This document shows, piece by piece, positions 7,416 through 16,264 of a stretch of 24,193 bases of DNA (position 1 is its first letter; every line of letters starts with the position of its first letter). The stretch comes from an uncultured Isosphaeraceae bacterium (GTDB lineage Bacteria; Planctomycetota; Phycisphaerae; Phycisphaerales; SM1A02), in NCBI GenBank assembly GCA_964623715.1, contig CAZURP010000004.1, positions 1 to 24,193 on the forward strand, written 5' to 3'. The notes below the pieces were generated by a model. It searched no databases. It had not been told where the DNA came from and worked only from the letters and a program-made list of their open reading frames with translations. Position numbers and translations under genes: made by a program.

Positions 7416-8129
7416 AAATTCATTGTCACTATTATTCTTGGTTTTATCCTTGGGAACCCAGATGCTGACAACCTTGGTACGCTCGTCTACAACGACGTGT
7501 CTCTTCAGATCGAAGATGTGGCATCAGAACAAGTCGTAGATTCATTTGGGAATGATCTCAACCTGCTATTGAAAGTTTATTGGAAAACAAAAAACCAAGA
7601 CGGATGCGACAGAGCAAAAAAAGTTTCATTACTACTGCGCAACCAACCCGCAATCATTGTGCTTGAACGAATCGCAACCCAATTGGGAACCGATGAAAGC
7701 GACGCAACTTGGCAACTTCGAGATGGTGTTGTGGAAATTGGACTAAAAAACCAACTCGCAAAAAGACAATTTCAACGTCTCGTTACATACCCTATTATGG
7801 ATCTTCTCTTTGTTGTAAATGATTTTAGTTTCCTTGAACAAAACAATGGAAGAACCGCGCCCGAATCTACCGAGCAACGGCAAGCACGCATCGACGAACT
7901 AATAGAAAAAATATCCAAGCTAATTGAACCAGATGTCTGGGCACAAAACGGGGGGCCTTGCACTATCGCCAATTACAAAGAAACTTTGCTTGTTCGAGCA
8001 CCTAATTTTGTCCACCGCCAAATTGGCGGGTATGCATTCGTGCCGACGAAACCACAAGGTGCTTCGCCCCGCGAACTCCAAGTTAATCGCAACCGCACAT
8101 CTGTCAAAATTAAATACCCGCGAGATTAA
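7413..8129 (+). CDS. Exported protein with a secretin N-domain-like repeat and no secretin beta-barrel
   Basis: Hydrophobic N-terminus (MKFIVTIILGFILG). YPIMDLLF..DELIEKISKLIEPDVWAQNGG..IANYKETLLVRAPNFVHRQI matches the pattern common in planctomycete secretin-like proteins. Confidence 0.55.
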   Translation: MKFIVTIILGFILGNPDADNLGTLVYNDVSLQIEDVASEQVVDSFGNDLNLLLKVYWKTKNQDGCDRAKKVSLLLRNQPAIIVLERIATQLGTDESDATWQLRDGVVEIGLKNQLAKRQFQRLVTYPIMDLLFVVNDFSFLEQNNGRTAPESTEQRQARIDELIEKISKLIEPDVWAQNGGPCTIANYKETLLVRAPNFVHRQIGGYAFVPTKPQGASPRELQVNRNRTSVKIKYPRD

Positions 8130-8150
8130 TGACCCGCGGGGTTGTTAATC
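8124..8150. repeat. Copy 2 of the 19-bp palindrome (17/19, minus orientation) within a 12-bp hairpin at a convergent gene junction
   Basis: Minus strand 8146-8128 reads AACAACCCCGCGGGTCATT. On the plus strand GATTAATGACCC-GCG-GGGTTGTTAATC pairs fully with two G-U pairs. It covers both stop codons (8127-8129 on +, 8128-8126 on -). Confidence 0.7.
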
Positions 8151-10156
8151 CAGTGGTTTAACCAAGCACGGTCCCATTCTATTTTTGCTTTTCGGTGCGA
8201 AAGTTTAGATAAGCCGTGCCCAGTGCCAGGGTAGATAACAAGTTGGGTTGGAACTTCAAGATAATCATGCAATGCACGGAACAATGCTTTTGATTGCTCA
8301 GCCGGTACACGGGCATCTCCTGCACCGACGTGGATAATAGTCGGAGTTGTGATGTTGTCCGCTTCAAAGAGCGGTGACATTCGGTTTAACTCTTCTGCAA
8401 CTTCCCACGGTAAACCCTCCGCGTAATTCACAACGTGCCCGGGCGTGTCTTCAATAGACCATTGCATTGTTTGCTCAAAGACACCTGCGCCACTACTCGC
8501 AGCTTTAAAACGATCCGTTTCCGCAATGAGGCAGTTCGTTAAATAACCACCATTACTCCAACCGCCAACCGTGAGTTTGTCTGGGTCTGCAATTCTACGA
8601 GCGACCATCTCATCAACGCCAGCAAGAATGTCTGATACTTCGATATCGTTTTCCTTGCCAACCAAGTCCGTGATAAACGTATCGCCGTATCCAGTTGACC
8701 CACGGTAGTTCGGGCTAAAGACAGCCCAACCATCGCTCGAATAAAGCCCCCTGCCATACATCGAAAACTCCAAGGCTTTTGTCACCGCAGAGGTGGGTCC
8801 ACCATGCAGGTGTACGTACATTGGAAGTGGCGGATCACTGTTCAATTTATATCCATGGGGCAACTCAAGAACACCCTCTATCACCGTGCCGTCCTTTCCC
8901 TTCCACCGTACGATTTCTATGCTCGGTAGTTTCCAATTCGCTACATGGCTGTTTGGATTGGCAAGAACAATTCCAGAGTTTGCATCTTTAACACGAACGA
9001 CTGCCGTCAGCGTATCTTGCGAACCCACAAGTGCAACACATTCGTCGGTATTTCTCGCTATCGTAAAATCCCAACAGAGTATGCCATTTGAAAAAACTTC
9101 TGTTGTGTCGCCTTGCGTGCCATTTCCGACATTTGCAATTCGCAAGAGGGGACGAATTGTTCCGCGTTCAGCGATGTAGAGAAGGTCATTTGTTTTTGGA
9201 GCCCAAACAGGAGAGGTGCCAAGCGTATCGTTTTGAACTCTATTCACTTTTTGTATTACTGTCGTATCGCTATCAAAAGTTGCAACAAACATATTCCTTG
9301 GGAACCCATCAAAATCCACTGAGAACGCCAAACGAGAACCGTCGGAAGACCACTCCGGTGATTCCACCCAACCGTACGGCGATGGTGCTTCTTTGCGCCA
9401 AAGTGTGTCATCTAGGAGCGTAGTTTCTTTACTCGAAAGATCGTACACGCCAAGTTCAGACCATCCTTCGTTCGTTATTAATCTCGTGTCAGGAGTCGTA
9501 ATGATTGCTATTTTTGTACCATCTGGAGTTGGCGTAAAATACTGAATCACCCTATCCTCGTCCCAGAGTTGTGTGTGCTTCCACGTAACAACGTCGAGTT
9601 TCCATAACTCTGAATAATCAACGAGACCGTGCCCATATTCTATGTCATCGTGGTCTTTACGAAGATCTTTCCACTGGTCATCTATCTGTTCTTCATCACT
9701 AACAACGTAATACACCCTCCTGCCGTCATAGCTCAGTGACCAATCTTCTACTCCACCCTCGAGCCGAGTGACTGCCATCAGTTGCGAACCATCTGGTTTT
9801 ATTCTCCAAACTTGCTTCTTTCCGTTACGAGGCAAGTCGTCACCCTTGCTTCCCCTGCGAGACGAAAAATACAACCAATTGTCATTTGCGCCCCACTGAA
9901 GAGAGCCATCGTATGCTTCATCGAATGTCAAGCGAAGTGGTGTCGCGTTTGGAACATTTGTTTCCACAACCCAAATATCCGTGTTTCGTTTATCAAGTTC
10001 TTCATCCCATCGCCCTTCTGTCCACGCGGTATAGGTACCGTCTGGCGAGATTGCACAACTCGAAAGATACGACAATGAAAAATAATCGTCTGTTGTAATT
10101 GACGATTTGTTTTCAGTTGCTTGTAGTGAAAATGCTAAAAGTGCAATTGCATACAT
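8126..10156 (-). CDS. S9 family serine peptidase (prolyl oligopeptidase / acylaminoacyl peptidase-like)
   Basis: N-terminal beta-propeller repeats (ISPDG, PTPDG, WSSDG). LHGGP, PNYRGSTGYG, catalytic GWSNGG, GAGDARVP (Asp) and GTGHGL (His). AAGGA Shine-Dalgarno upstream. Confidence 0.93.
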   Translation of the reverse strand: MYAIALLAFSLQATENKSSITTDDYFSLSYLSSCAISPDGTYTAWTEGRWDEELDKRNTDIWVVETNVPNATPLRLTFDEAYDGSLQWGANDNWLYFSSRRGSKGDDLPRNGKKQVWRIKPDGSQLMAVTRLEGGVEDWSLSYDGRRVYYVVSDEEQIDDQWKDLRKDHDDIEYGHGLVDYSELWKLDVVTWKHTQLWDEDRVIQYFTPTPDGTKIAIITTPDTRLITNEGWSELGVYDLSSKETTLLDDTLWRKEAPSPYGWVESPEWSSDGSRLAFSVDFDGFPRNMFVATFDSDTTVIQKVNRVQNDTLGTSPVWAPKTNDLLYIAERGTIRPLLRIANVGNGTQGDTTEVFSNGILCWDFTIARNTDECVALVGSQDTLTAVVRVKDANSGIVLANPNSHVANWKLPSIEIVRWKGKDGTVIEGVLELPHGYKLNSDPPLPMYVHLHGGPTSAVTKALEFSMYGRGLYSSDGWAVFSPNYRGSTGYGDTFITDLVGKENDIEVSDILAGVDEMVARRIADPDKLTVGGWSNGGYLTNCLIAETDRFKAASSGAGVFEQTMQWSIEDTPGHVVNYAEGLPWEVAEELNRMSPLFEADNITTPTIIHVGAGDARVPAEQSKALFRALHDYLEVPTQLVIYPGTGHGLSKLSHRKAKIEWDRAWLNHWINNPAGH

Positions 10157-10171
10157 AGAATATTCCTTCTA

Positions 10172-11500
10172 TCAATCGTGACGCAATGCAACGATTGGAT
10201 CTTGTCTACTTGCGATTATTGCCGGGTAGATTCCAAAAACGAGCCCAGTCCCTGCTGCGACTAAAAATGAAACGACAATTGACCATCCAGTAATTCGGGT
10301 TTCGAGCCCAACACCTACGTCTCCAATACTACTAAACATAGAGAAACTTAACATCCAAGGCAAGAACGATTCAAGCCCAACAGATATTCCGACACCGAGC
10401 CCAATGCCAATTAGACCTCCCACGCAACTTAAACTTCCTGTTTCGATGAGGAACTGAATTGCAATATCACTTCGTGAAGCGCCGACTGCCCTGCGGATGC
10501 CTATCTCTCTTGTCCGTTCAACAACAGTTGCAAGCATAATGTTCATAATGCCAATGCCCCCAACAAGCAGACTAATTGCCGCAATTGCAGTCAGCAAAAT
10601 ATTCATAGTGGCTGTTGTTCGACGTACATTTTCCAACAATTCCCAAGGGACGATAATTTCAACATCCTTCAGTTTTGGGTGACCCACTTTCATAACGTTG
10701 CGAATATGTTCAGCCATTGGTACGACTGCGTCGGTAGTAGGAGCGGTTAAATAGATTTCTGAAATTTCTACTTCCTCGCCACTGAAAGAACCCGATTGTC
10801 TCCGAACAACCACATCGCCAAACTCGAGTTTTGCCGTCGTCAGCGGTATGTGGACATCTTTATTTAAATCACGCCCGACCAGTGCAGAACCAGCACCTCC
10901 CGCCAATCCGACTGGTTTAAGTACGCCAATAATCGTGAACACTCTTGTGTCGATTCGCAAAATCTGACCAACTGGGTCGGAAAGTGGGAAAAACAACTTC
11001 TCAATCTCAGACCCAATGACGGCGACAGGCGCTCTTCGCTCAAGGTCTTCCGCAACTAAATAACGCCCGCCACGCTTTACTCGAAGGTTCGCAGCTGCCC
11101 GTAAGGCGGGGATTGTTCCAAATGTTTGGCTCGTCGTTCTAGATGCGCCTCTGGAAACTTCAGAGCCAACTGATTTCAGTGGAATAATTGTGTCTGCTGG
11201 TATGAACGTTTCTAGTCTCTTCAAATCCTCGGCGGTCATACCAAACTTTGCAACAAACGATCTGCGTTGCGAACCAACCGATTGTGATTCTGGTGGACGT
11301 TGCGACCGGACAATGATGTTTGTTGCACCCAGCGACTGAATCGCACGTAGAGCACTTTGTTTGTTGCCCTCTCCAATAGAAACCATCACAATGACTGAGG
11401 CGACGCCAAGAATAATGCCCAGACTTGTCAGCAGAGAGCGCAACGCATGCAAGCGTAAACTCTTCATGCCAAGTAAAAATGTTTCAATGGATATATTCAT
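10172..11500 (-). CDS. ABC transporter permease, MacB/FtsX family
   Basis: RSLLTSLGIILGVASVIVMVSIGEG, a periplasmic domain, then ISLLVGGIGIMNIMLATVVERTREIGIRRAVGA and GLVFGIYPAIIASRQDPIVALR. No ATPase domain. Confidence 0.93.
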   Translation of the reverse strand: MNISIETFLLGMKSLRLHALRSLLTSLGIILGVASVIVMVSIGEGNKQSALRAIQSLGATNIIVRSQRPPESQSVGSQRRSFVAKFGMTAEDLKRLETFIPADTIIPLKSVGSEVSRGASRTTSQTFGTIPALRAAANLRVKRGGRYLVAEDLERRAPVAVIGSEIEKLFFPLSDPVGQILRIDTRVFTIIGVLKPVGLAGGAGSALVGRDLNKDVHIPLTTAKLEFGDVVVRRQSGSFSGEEVEISEIYLTAPTTDAVVPMAEHIRNVMKVGHPKLKDVEIIVPWELLENVRRTTATMNILLTAIAAISLLVGGIGIMNIMLATVVERTREIGIRRAVGASRSDIAIQFLIETGSLSCVGGLIGIGLGVGISVGLESFLPWMLSFSMFSSIGDVGVGLETRITGWSIVVSFLVAAGTGLVFGIYPAIIASRQDPIVALRHD

Positions 11501-13068
11501 TCTGGCATCAATGGTTGGGTGGTTTCGGAAGCAAAATCTTCTGGAATATCAACGTAAAAAGATGCACCTTGACCGTGCGTTGATTTCACACCCAAGTGAG
11601 CATGAAGGAGTTCGGCGAGCTCTCTGCAAATCGCAAGACCTAAGCCAGTGCCAGAGTGTTCCTTTGTGTGCGTTGCGTCCACTTGTCTAAATTTTTCGAA
11701 CACCATTTCGAGCATATCCTCAGGTATTCCCGGTCCCTTATCAGAAATCATGATTCTCACCGATGACGGTGAACCATGTTCGTGTATTTTCGTTGCCGAA
11801 ATTGTGACAACAGAGTTTGCCGGAGAAAATTTAATGGCATTCGAAAGGAAGTTATACAAAATTTGTTGTAGCTTGCCTGGATCGGTTTGAATTGACGGCA
11901 AACTAGTTGCCACCTGCAAGTCTAGAACGAGCCCTTTTACCTTTGATTGCGGACGCATAATACTTGCGAGCCCCTCAAGCAAATCCTGCACGCTTGTTGG
12001 TTCTGGATTCACTTCCATCCTGCCTGATTCTATTTTTGCCATATCAAGAAGTTCATTTATCATGTCAAGCAACGACCGACCGCTTGTAAGAATATTTCGT
12101 AAATATCGAACTCGTTTTTCCTGGTCTTTCTCGGTTTCGATTGGCATTCCTTCAAGTAATTCTGCAAAACCGATAATCGAATTTAGTGGCGTTCGGAGTT
12201 CGTGGCTCACGTTTGCGATGAATGCATTCTTTAATCTTCCAGATTCAAACAAACCAATATTTACTTCTGCAAGTTCTTCCACTTTTAAATCCAGAGACGC
12301 ATTCATCTTTTGAAGTCGGAACTGACCCTGCTCCATCCTGTCAAGCATTTCATTAAATGCATTCGAGAGTTCTTCAAATTCATCCCCCGTTTGCAACGAT
12401 GATCTCGCCGTTAAATCTCCATCTTGAACTCGTTCCGTTACTCGGCGTAATCTTCGCACGGGCGAAAAAATTAATCGGTGAAAAATAAAATAATACACAA
12501 GAACTGAAATCAAACTCCCAACGATGCCAGCGATAATAATCAACGCTCTTGTATCGCCAAGTTGTTCTTTTGCAAATGTTGATTTTCTTCGGATTATCAA
12601 AATTGCCTCAAGTGGATCTGAAACGCTCGGTGCATTCACCCCAGAACCAAAGTCCGTCACGCCCTCTTTTCTAATCGAACCTGTTTGGGATTTGGTTATT
12701 GGTTTTGCATACTGAAAATAATTATGTTGGTCTCGATCGTAAGGAGCGTAAAACTCATCGACTGCGCCTTCGTTTTTCTCAAACGCTGCGAGAGCGCGGT
12801 CTACAAATGTATTTCCGCTTCTGTCAATTTCATCTATACGGACAAGGTGAATATTGACATCCTCGCCCTCAAAAACTTCTGCCTTCACCTGAGAATTTAT
12901 CCAAACATCTGCTAACTGTCTTGCAACTTCTAACTGATATTCTTGGACGACCGCGGAAGAACTCATCCAAAGAACCGCTAAAAGGGATGTGATAATGATG
13001 ACATTCGCAGTGCCAAAAATTGCGAGGCATTTGTTTGCTAAGCTAACGCGCTTTCCCATTCGTACCAT
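11497..13068 (-). CDS. Membrane sensor histidine kinase (2 TM, HAMP, HisKA, HATPase_c)
   Basis: Two TM helices flanking a ~140-aa extracytoplasmic domain; HAMP (PVRRLRRVTERVQDGDL..GDEFEELSNAFNEM); H box SHELRTPL; N box NFLSNAIKF; DKGPGIP; GTGLGL. No receiver domain. Alternative start at ATG 13059. Confidence 0.95.
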   Translation of the reverse strand: MVRMGKRVSLANKCLAIFGTANVIIITSLLAVLWMSSSAVVQEYQLEVARQLADVWINSQVKAEVFEGEDVNIHLVRIDEIDRSGNTFVDRALAAFEKNEGAVDEFYAPYDRDQHNYFQYAKPITKSQTGSIRKEGVTDFGSGVNAPSVSDPLEAILIIRRKSTFAKEQLGDTRALIIIAGIVGSLISVLVYYFIFHRLIFSPVRRLRRVTERVQDGDLTARSSLQTGDEFEELSNAFNEMLDRMEQGQFRLQKMNASLDLKVEELAEVNIGLFESGRLKNAFIANVSHELRTPLNSIIGFAELLEGMPIETEKDQEKRVRYLRNILTSGRSLLDMINELLDMAKIESGRMEVNPEPTSVQDLLEGLASIMRPQSKVKGLVLDLQVATSLPSIQTDPGKLQQILYNFLSNAIKFSPANSVVTISATKIHEHGSPSSVRIMISDKGPGIPEDMLEMVFEKFRQVDATHTKEHSGTGLGLAICRELAELLHAHLGVKSTHGQGASFYVDIPEDFASETTQPLMPE

Positions 13069-13071
13069 GAT

Positions 13072-13090
13072 AACGACCCCGCGGGTCGTT
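13072..13090. repeat. Copy 3 of the 19-bp palindrome (identical to 1900-1918)
   Basis: AACGACCCCGCGGGTCGTT in the 37-nt gap between the zinc-finger stop and the kinase start. Confidence 0.9.
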
Positions 13091-13105
13091 TATGGTTCCG
13101 ATCGA

Positions 13106-13444
13106 TTATGGTTTTTGCCAGTCCCACTGTTTTGATTTATTCAACACTGCGGACGCGTGTTTGGTGGCGCGGGTACAAATAGGGGCGATAGGCTGAACAG
13201 CTCCAAACCACACAGGATCATCGCGATGTTCAAGACACATTCTGCATGTACCCTCTGTTGGAGCACCGGCGCCAGCGAGCACGAGTTCTGTATACGCCAC
13301 CGTCAAACAATTACCGCACACAATGCTCCCTTGGTGCCCTTCAACACACGGGACATCGTTTGCCCACGCAGTATTGCCACAAAAGTCGCAAAGAATATCT
13401 TCTGGCTGAACGTTGTTATCGTCAATACCTTCTCGGTGCATCAA
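13106..13444 (-). CDS. Small Cys-rich protein with ClpX C4-type-like zinc finger and a second, degenerate finger
   Basis: CDFC..EGHQGSIVCGNC resembles the ClpX-type C4 finger; the second unit is CRMC..ICTRA. Start overlaps the trmB stop (ATGA). Confidence 0.65.
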   Translation of the reverse strand: MMHREGIDDNNVQPEDILCDFCGNTAWANDVPCVEGHQGSIVCGNCLTVAYTELVLAGAGAPTEGTCRMCLEHRDDPVWFGAVQPIAPICTRATKHASAVLNKSKQWDWQKP

Positions 13445-14097
13445 TCCACCCTCACTAATGTTGTTGCGTGAAATGGTCTGCCCTCACGCTTATACTTTCT
13501 TTCAAAGTTCGTGCCAACAAGTTCGCCATCGCTAGCAGATTGTGCTGGGCAAAAGATTTCTTGTCTAAATAGTTTCGTGTTACGATCGAAGTGCTCCACG
13601 TCCCACTCCCAAAGAGCATCGTGGTCGGTCACAACGTGCACTATGCCACCTTTCTTTAGTACACGATGGAACGTTTCAAGCGTGCTGTCTTGAATGACAC
13701 GCCGTTTATGGTGGCGTGTTTTTGGCCACGGGTCACTAAAGTACAGGTGAATAATGTCAGCAACATTCGCTTCACACCAGTACTGCAAAAACTCAGTTGC
13801 GTCACCGTGCACCATTTTGACGTTCGGAATGTGGTTTCTTCGCAAGCGATCTGCTGCGTATCGATAAAATTCCGACGCCCATTCAAATCCAAGATAATTC
13901 GGTTCAGCACGCTTTTGCGCTTCTTGCAAAAGGAAGGTGCCTTTGCCTGAACCAATTTCAATTTCAAAAGGTTTTGTTGCATCTTCAAACCATTCTCGAG
14001 GGTCAATTCGACCTTCTGTACTCGGTGGAAGTTTGCGCATGTCGATGCCAATATCGCCAACATCAAATGTTCGGCCTCGTGAGAGTCCAAAACTCAT
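13441..14097 (-). CDS. trmB: tRNA (guanine-N7)-methyltransferase
   Basis: EIEIGSGKGTFL (SAM motif), YLGFE, YFSDPWPKTRHHKRR, VVTDH, TNFERKY. Confidence 0.95.
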   Translation of the reverse strand: MSFGLSRGRTFDVGDIGIDMRKLPPSTEGRIDPREWFEDATKPFEIEIGSGKGTFLLQEAQKRAEPNYLGFEWASEFYRYAADRLRRNHIPNVKMVHGDATEFLQYWCEANVADIIHLYFSDPWPKTRHHKRRVIQDSTLETFHRVLKKGGIVHVVTDHDALWEWDVEHFDRNTKLFRQEIFCPAQSASDGELVGTNFERKYKREGRPFHATTLVRVD

Positions 14098-14450
14098 GAA
14101 CCCGCCCCACTCACACCAGCACCACTTGCGCCCATTGCTGCTTCCGTTTGTAGCGCAGTTGTTTCTGCAACTGCACCCGAAGAGCTACCACGAGTTGAGA
14201 CAAGACACGTAATACCGGTGCCGTGCCCCTTTAACTCGTTCTCCCAGACGAGTGCTCCAGTCGTGGGTTCCAAGCAAAATGTGTAGCCATGCACCGAAAC
14301 AATCAAACGATCACCATCAAGAAGGATGGAGGGGTATCCGCTCCCTTTTGGGGATTTCCATTCCCATTTTTTCTCACCGGTGTATCTATCAAGCGCGATG
14401 ACTTGCTTGTTGAATCCAACGAATACCAACTCTTCAAGTTTGTTAGTCAT
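14094..14450 (-). CDS. Small PQQ-binding-like beta-propeller repeat protein
   Basis: Two repeats, ALDRYTGEKKWEW and CLEPTTGALVWEN; Gly/Ala/Ser-rich tail; overlaps both neighbours. Confidence 0.75.
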   Translation of the reverse strand: MTNKLEELVFVGFNKQVIALDRYTGEKKWEWKSPKGSGYPSILLDGDRLIVSVHGYTFCLEPTTGALVWENELKGHGTGITCLVSTRGSSSGAVAETTALQTEAAMGASGAGVSGAGS

Positions 14451-15855
14451 TGTCGGTTGCCTCTACTAACCAAGCTGTCATAATTGCAAGTGCCTCAGGA
14501 TCAAAAGTCGTTTCAATTTTACCGTACTCGCTCACTGCGCCAGTTGTTGCAGGCTGGAACAAATGATTTAGTCCTTCGAGTTCAACTAAAGTAATGTCGT
14601 TACCTGATTCTGTTTTCACTTGTTCTATCGCTGTCAGATTTTGACTCGCATCGACTTGCACATCTTTAGAGCCATTTAGTGCAAGCACCGGACAGGTGAC
14701 TTGCGCAAGTGTTGGTGCTGGATCGTAAAACAAAAAAAATTGCATCCATGGCGAGGATATCACTTCAAGACCTTCGTCAACGCCTTGTTCAAACAGTTCT
14801 TCTGTTACGTCAATACCCTGTGCTTCAAACTGAATTGCAACGAGTTCCTTCATTTGTTTTCGTAATACTTCTTCATCTGTGCCCGTCTCCATCAGTTCAT
14901 ACAACGTCATAGATACGTTTACAAGACTGTCTATAAACTCTTGGTCTGCACCCGTCGTTTCCAACAAGCGCGCCTGTTGAACGGGAAGGAGTTCGTCTCC
15001 CGCAACGCCTGGGCCCGCAAGCATGACAACAAATGCAATCTTGCTATCGTCAACCGCAACCATTGGCCCAATAAGACCACCTTCACTATGACCAATAACC
15101 CCAACTCTTCTCGAATCTATTTCGGAATGATTGCGAACAGCATGCACCATCACAGCAGCATCACTTGCAAAATCTTCTGACGTTGCGTTCACCAAGGTGG
15201 CTCTGTCTTCGACAACCGACCCGCCGACCCCACGGTCGTCGTACCGAAGTACAGCAATGCCGTTGCGCGTGAGGTAATCTGCTATTACTAAAAAAGGTTT
15301 GTGTCCCATGAGTGATTCGTCACGGTCTTGTAATCCAGAACCGCTGATGAGTACCGCGCAAGAAAACGGCCCCTTGCCTTCAGGAATTGTGAGCGTTCCT
15401 TGAAGCAAGTGACCATCTGGATGTTGTGCTGTTACTTCGTATTCCCAATACGGAAATGGCCCAACGGGCTGTTGTGGCCGAATCAATTCTGTGTGTTCTT
15501 GGATTCGATTGAAATCGATTTCAAAAACGAGTCCTTGGTGCATTTCGCCTGTAAGTTTGGTCTGCTCGTCGTTTTCAAATACAACAAAGGACAAGCCCGC
15601 CTGCGGTAACTCTGCAAAAAGAGACCCGTCTTGTTTGTACGTTGCAGGAAGGGGAATGTCCTTAGCGCCTTGCGTCGGAACGGTTAGCAATATGAGCATG
15701 CCATCATCTGTGTCCGCTATGCCGAGCGTCATTTCAAGGGGTCCCATTGTTGGAATAGGTATTTCACCCGAATACAGCCGAGGTTCCTCTGCAAACACAT
15801 TGCAGGCGATAACACCAAACCAAAGAATACAATGGCTCAAAAAAGAAATATGCAT
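14443..15855 (-). CDS. Exported alpha/beta hydrolase (esterase/peptidase-like)
   Basis: GSGLQDRDE, LRYDDRGVGGS, nucleophile elbow GHSEGG, NGSKDVQV (Asp), LNHLFQ (His). ATG at 15855 has AAGGAG 6 nt upstream and begins a signal-like sequence, so it is preferred over the ORF-track TTG at 15903 inside rsfS. Confidence 0.9.
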   Translation of the reverse strand: MHISFLSHCILWFGVIACNVFAEEPRLYSGEIPIPTMGPLEMTLGIADTDDGMLILLTVPTQGAKDIPLPATYKQDGSLFAELPQAGLSFVVFENDEQTKLTGEMHQGLVFEIDFNRIQEHTELIRPQQPVGPFPYWEYEVTAQHPDGHLLQGTLTIPEGKGPFSCAVLISGSGLQDRDESLMGHKPFLVIADYLTRNGIAVLRYDDRGVGGSVVEDRATLVNATSEDFASDAAVMVHAVRNHSEIDSRRVGVIGHSEGGLIGPMVAVDDSKIAFVVMLAGPGVAGDELLPVQQARLLETTGADQEFIDSLVNVSMTLYELMETGTDEEVLRKQMKELVAIQFEAQGIDVTEELFEQGVDEGLEVISSPWMQFFLFYDPAPTLAQVTCPVLALNGSKDVQVDASQNLTAIEQVKTESGNDITLVELEGLNHLFQPATTGAVSEYGKIETTFDPEALAIMTAWLVEATDND

Positions 15856-15865
15856 GCGTTTCTCC

Positions 15866-16264
15866 TTACGAAGTTGTAGTTTCAGGGCTCGAAGGCAATT
15901 CAACCCGTTTTGCGTCTGACCACAAATCTTCTAAATCATAGTACGAACGGCGTTGCGGGTCAAACAAATGTAACACGACTGTAATGAAATCAACAACAAT
16001 CCAAGTTGCACCAGAATCAATGTTCTTTCGAAACGCTGGGCATTTCATTTCTTCGCCCAGGTCTTTCACTTCGACGGCAACCGATTTCATTTGCCGGTCA
16101 CTTGTACCAGTCGCAATCAAAACATAATCGCACACTTGGCTCAAGCCAGTCACATCAAGTAAAACGACATCTTCGCAGTGTCTATCCTGAAGCAAGCGCC
16201 CCGCTTCCGCAGCGAATGCTGCAGAATCGGGGCGATTGGCTGTTTCAGAATGAGTTGTAGTCAT
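15866..16264 (-). CDS. rsfS: Ribosome silencing factor
   Basis: EDVVLLDV, DYVLIATGTSDRQMKSVA, WIVVDFITVVLHLF..RSYYDLEDLW. Start overlaps the hppA stop (TAATG). Confidence 0.95.
   Translation of the reverse strand: MTTTHSETANRPDSAAFAAEAGRLLQDRHCEDVVLLDVTGLSQVCDYVLIATGTSDRQMKSVAVEVKDLGEEMKCPAFRKNIDSGATWIVVDFITVVLHLFDPQRRSYYDLEDLWSDAKRVELPSSPETTTS

Noticed and set aside
12947-12956. ACGACCGCGG, a partial match to the 19-bp palindrome
   Set aside because: No right arm, not palindromic, and inside kinase coding sequence.
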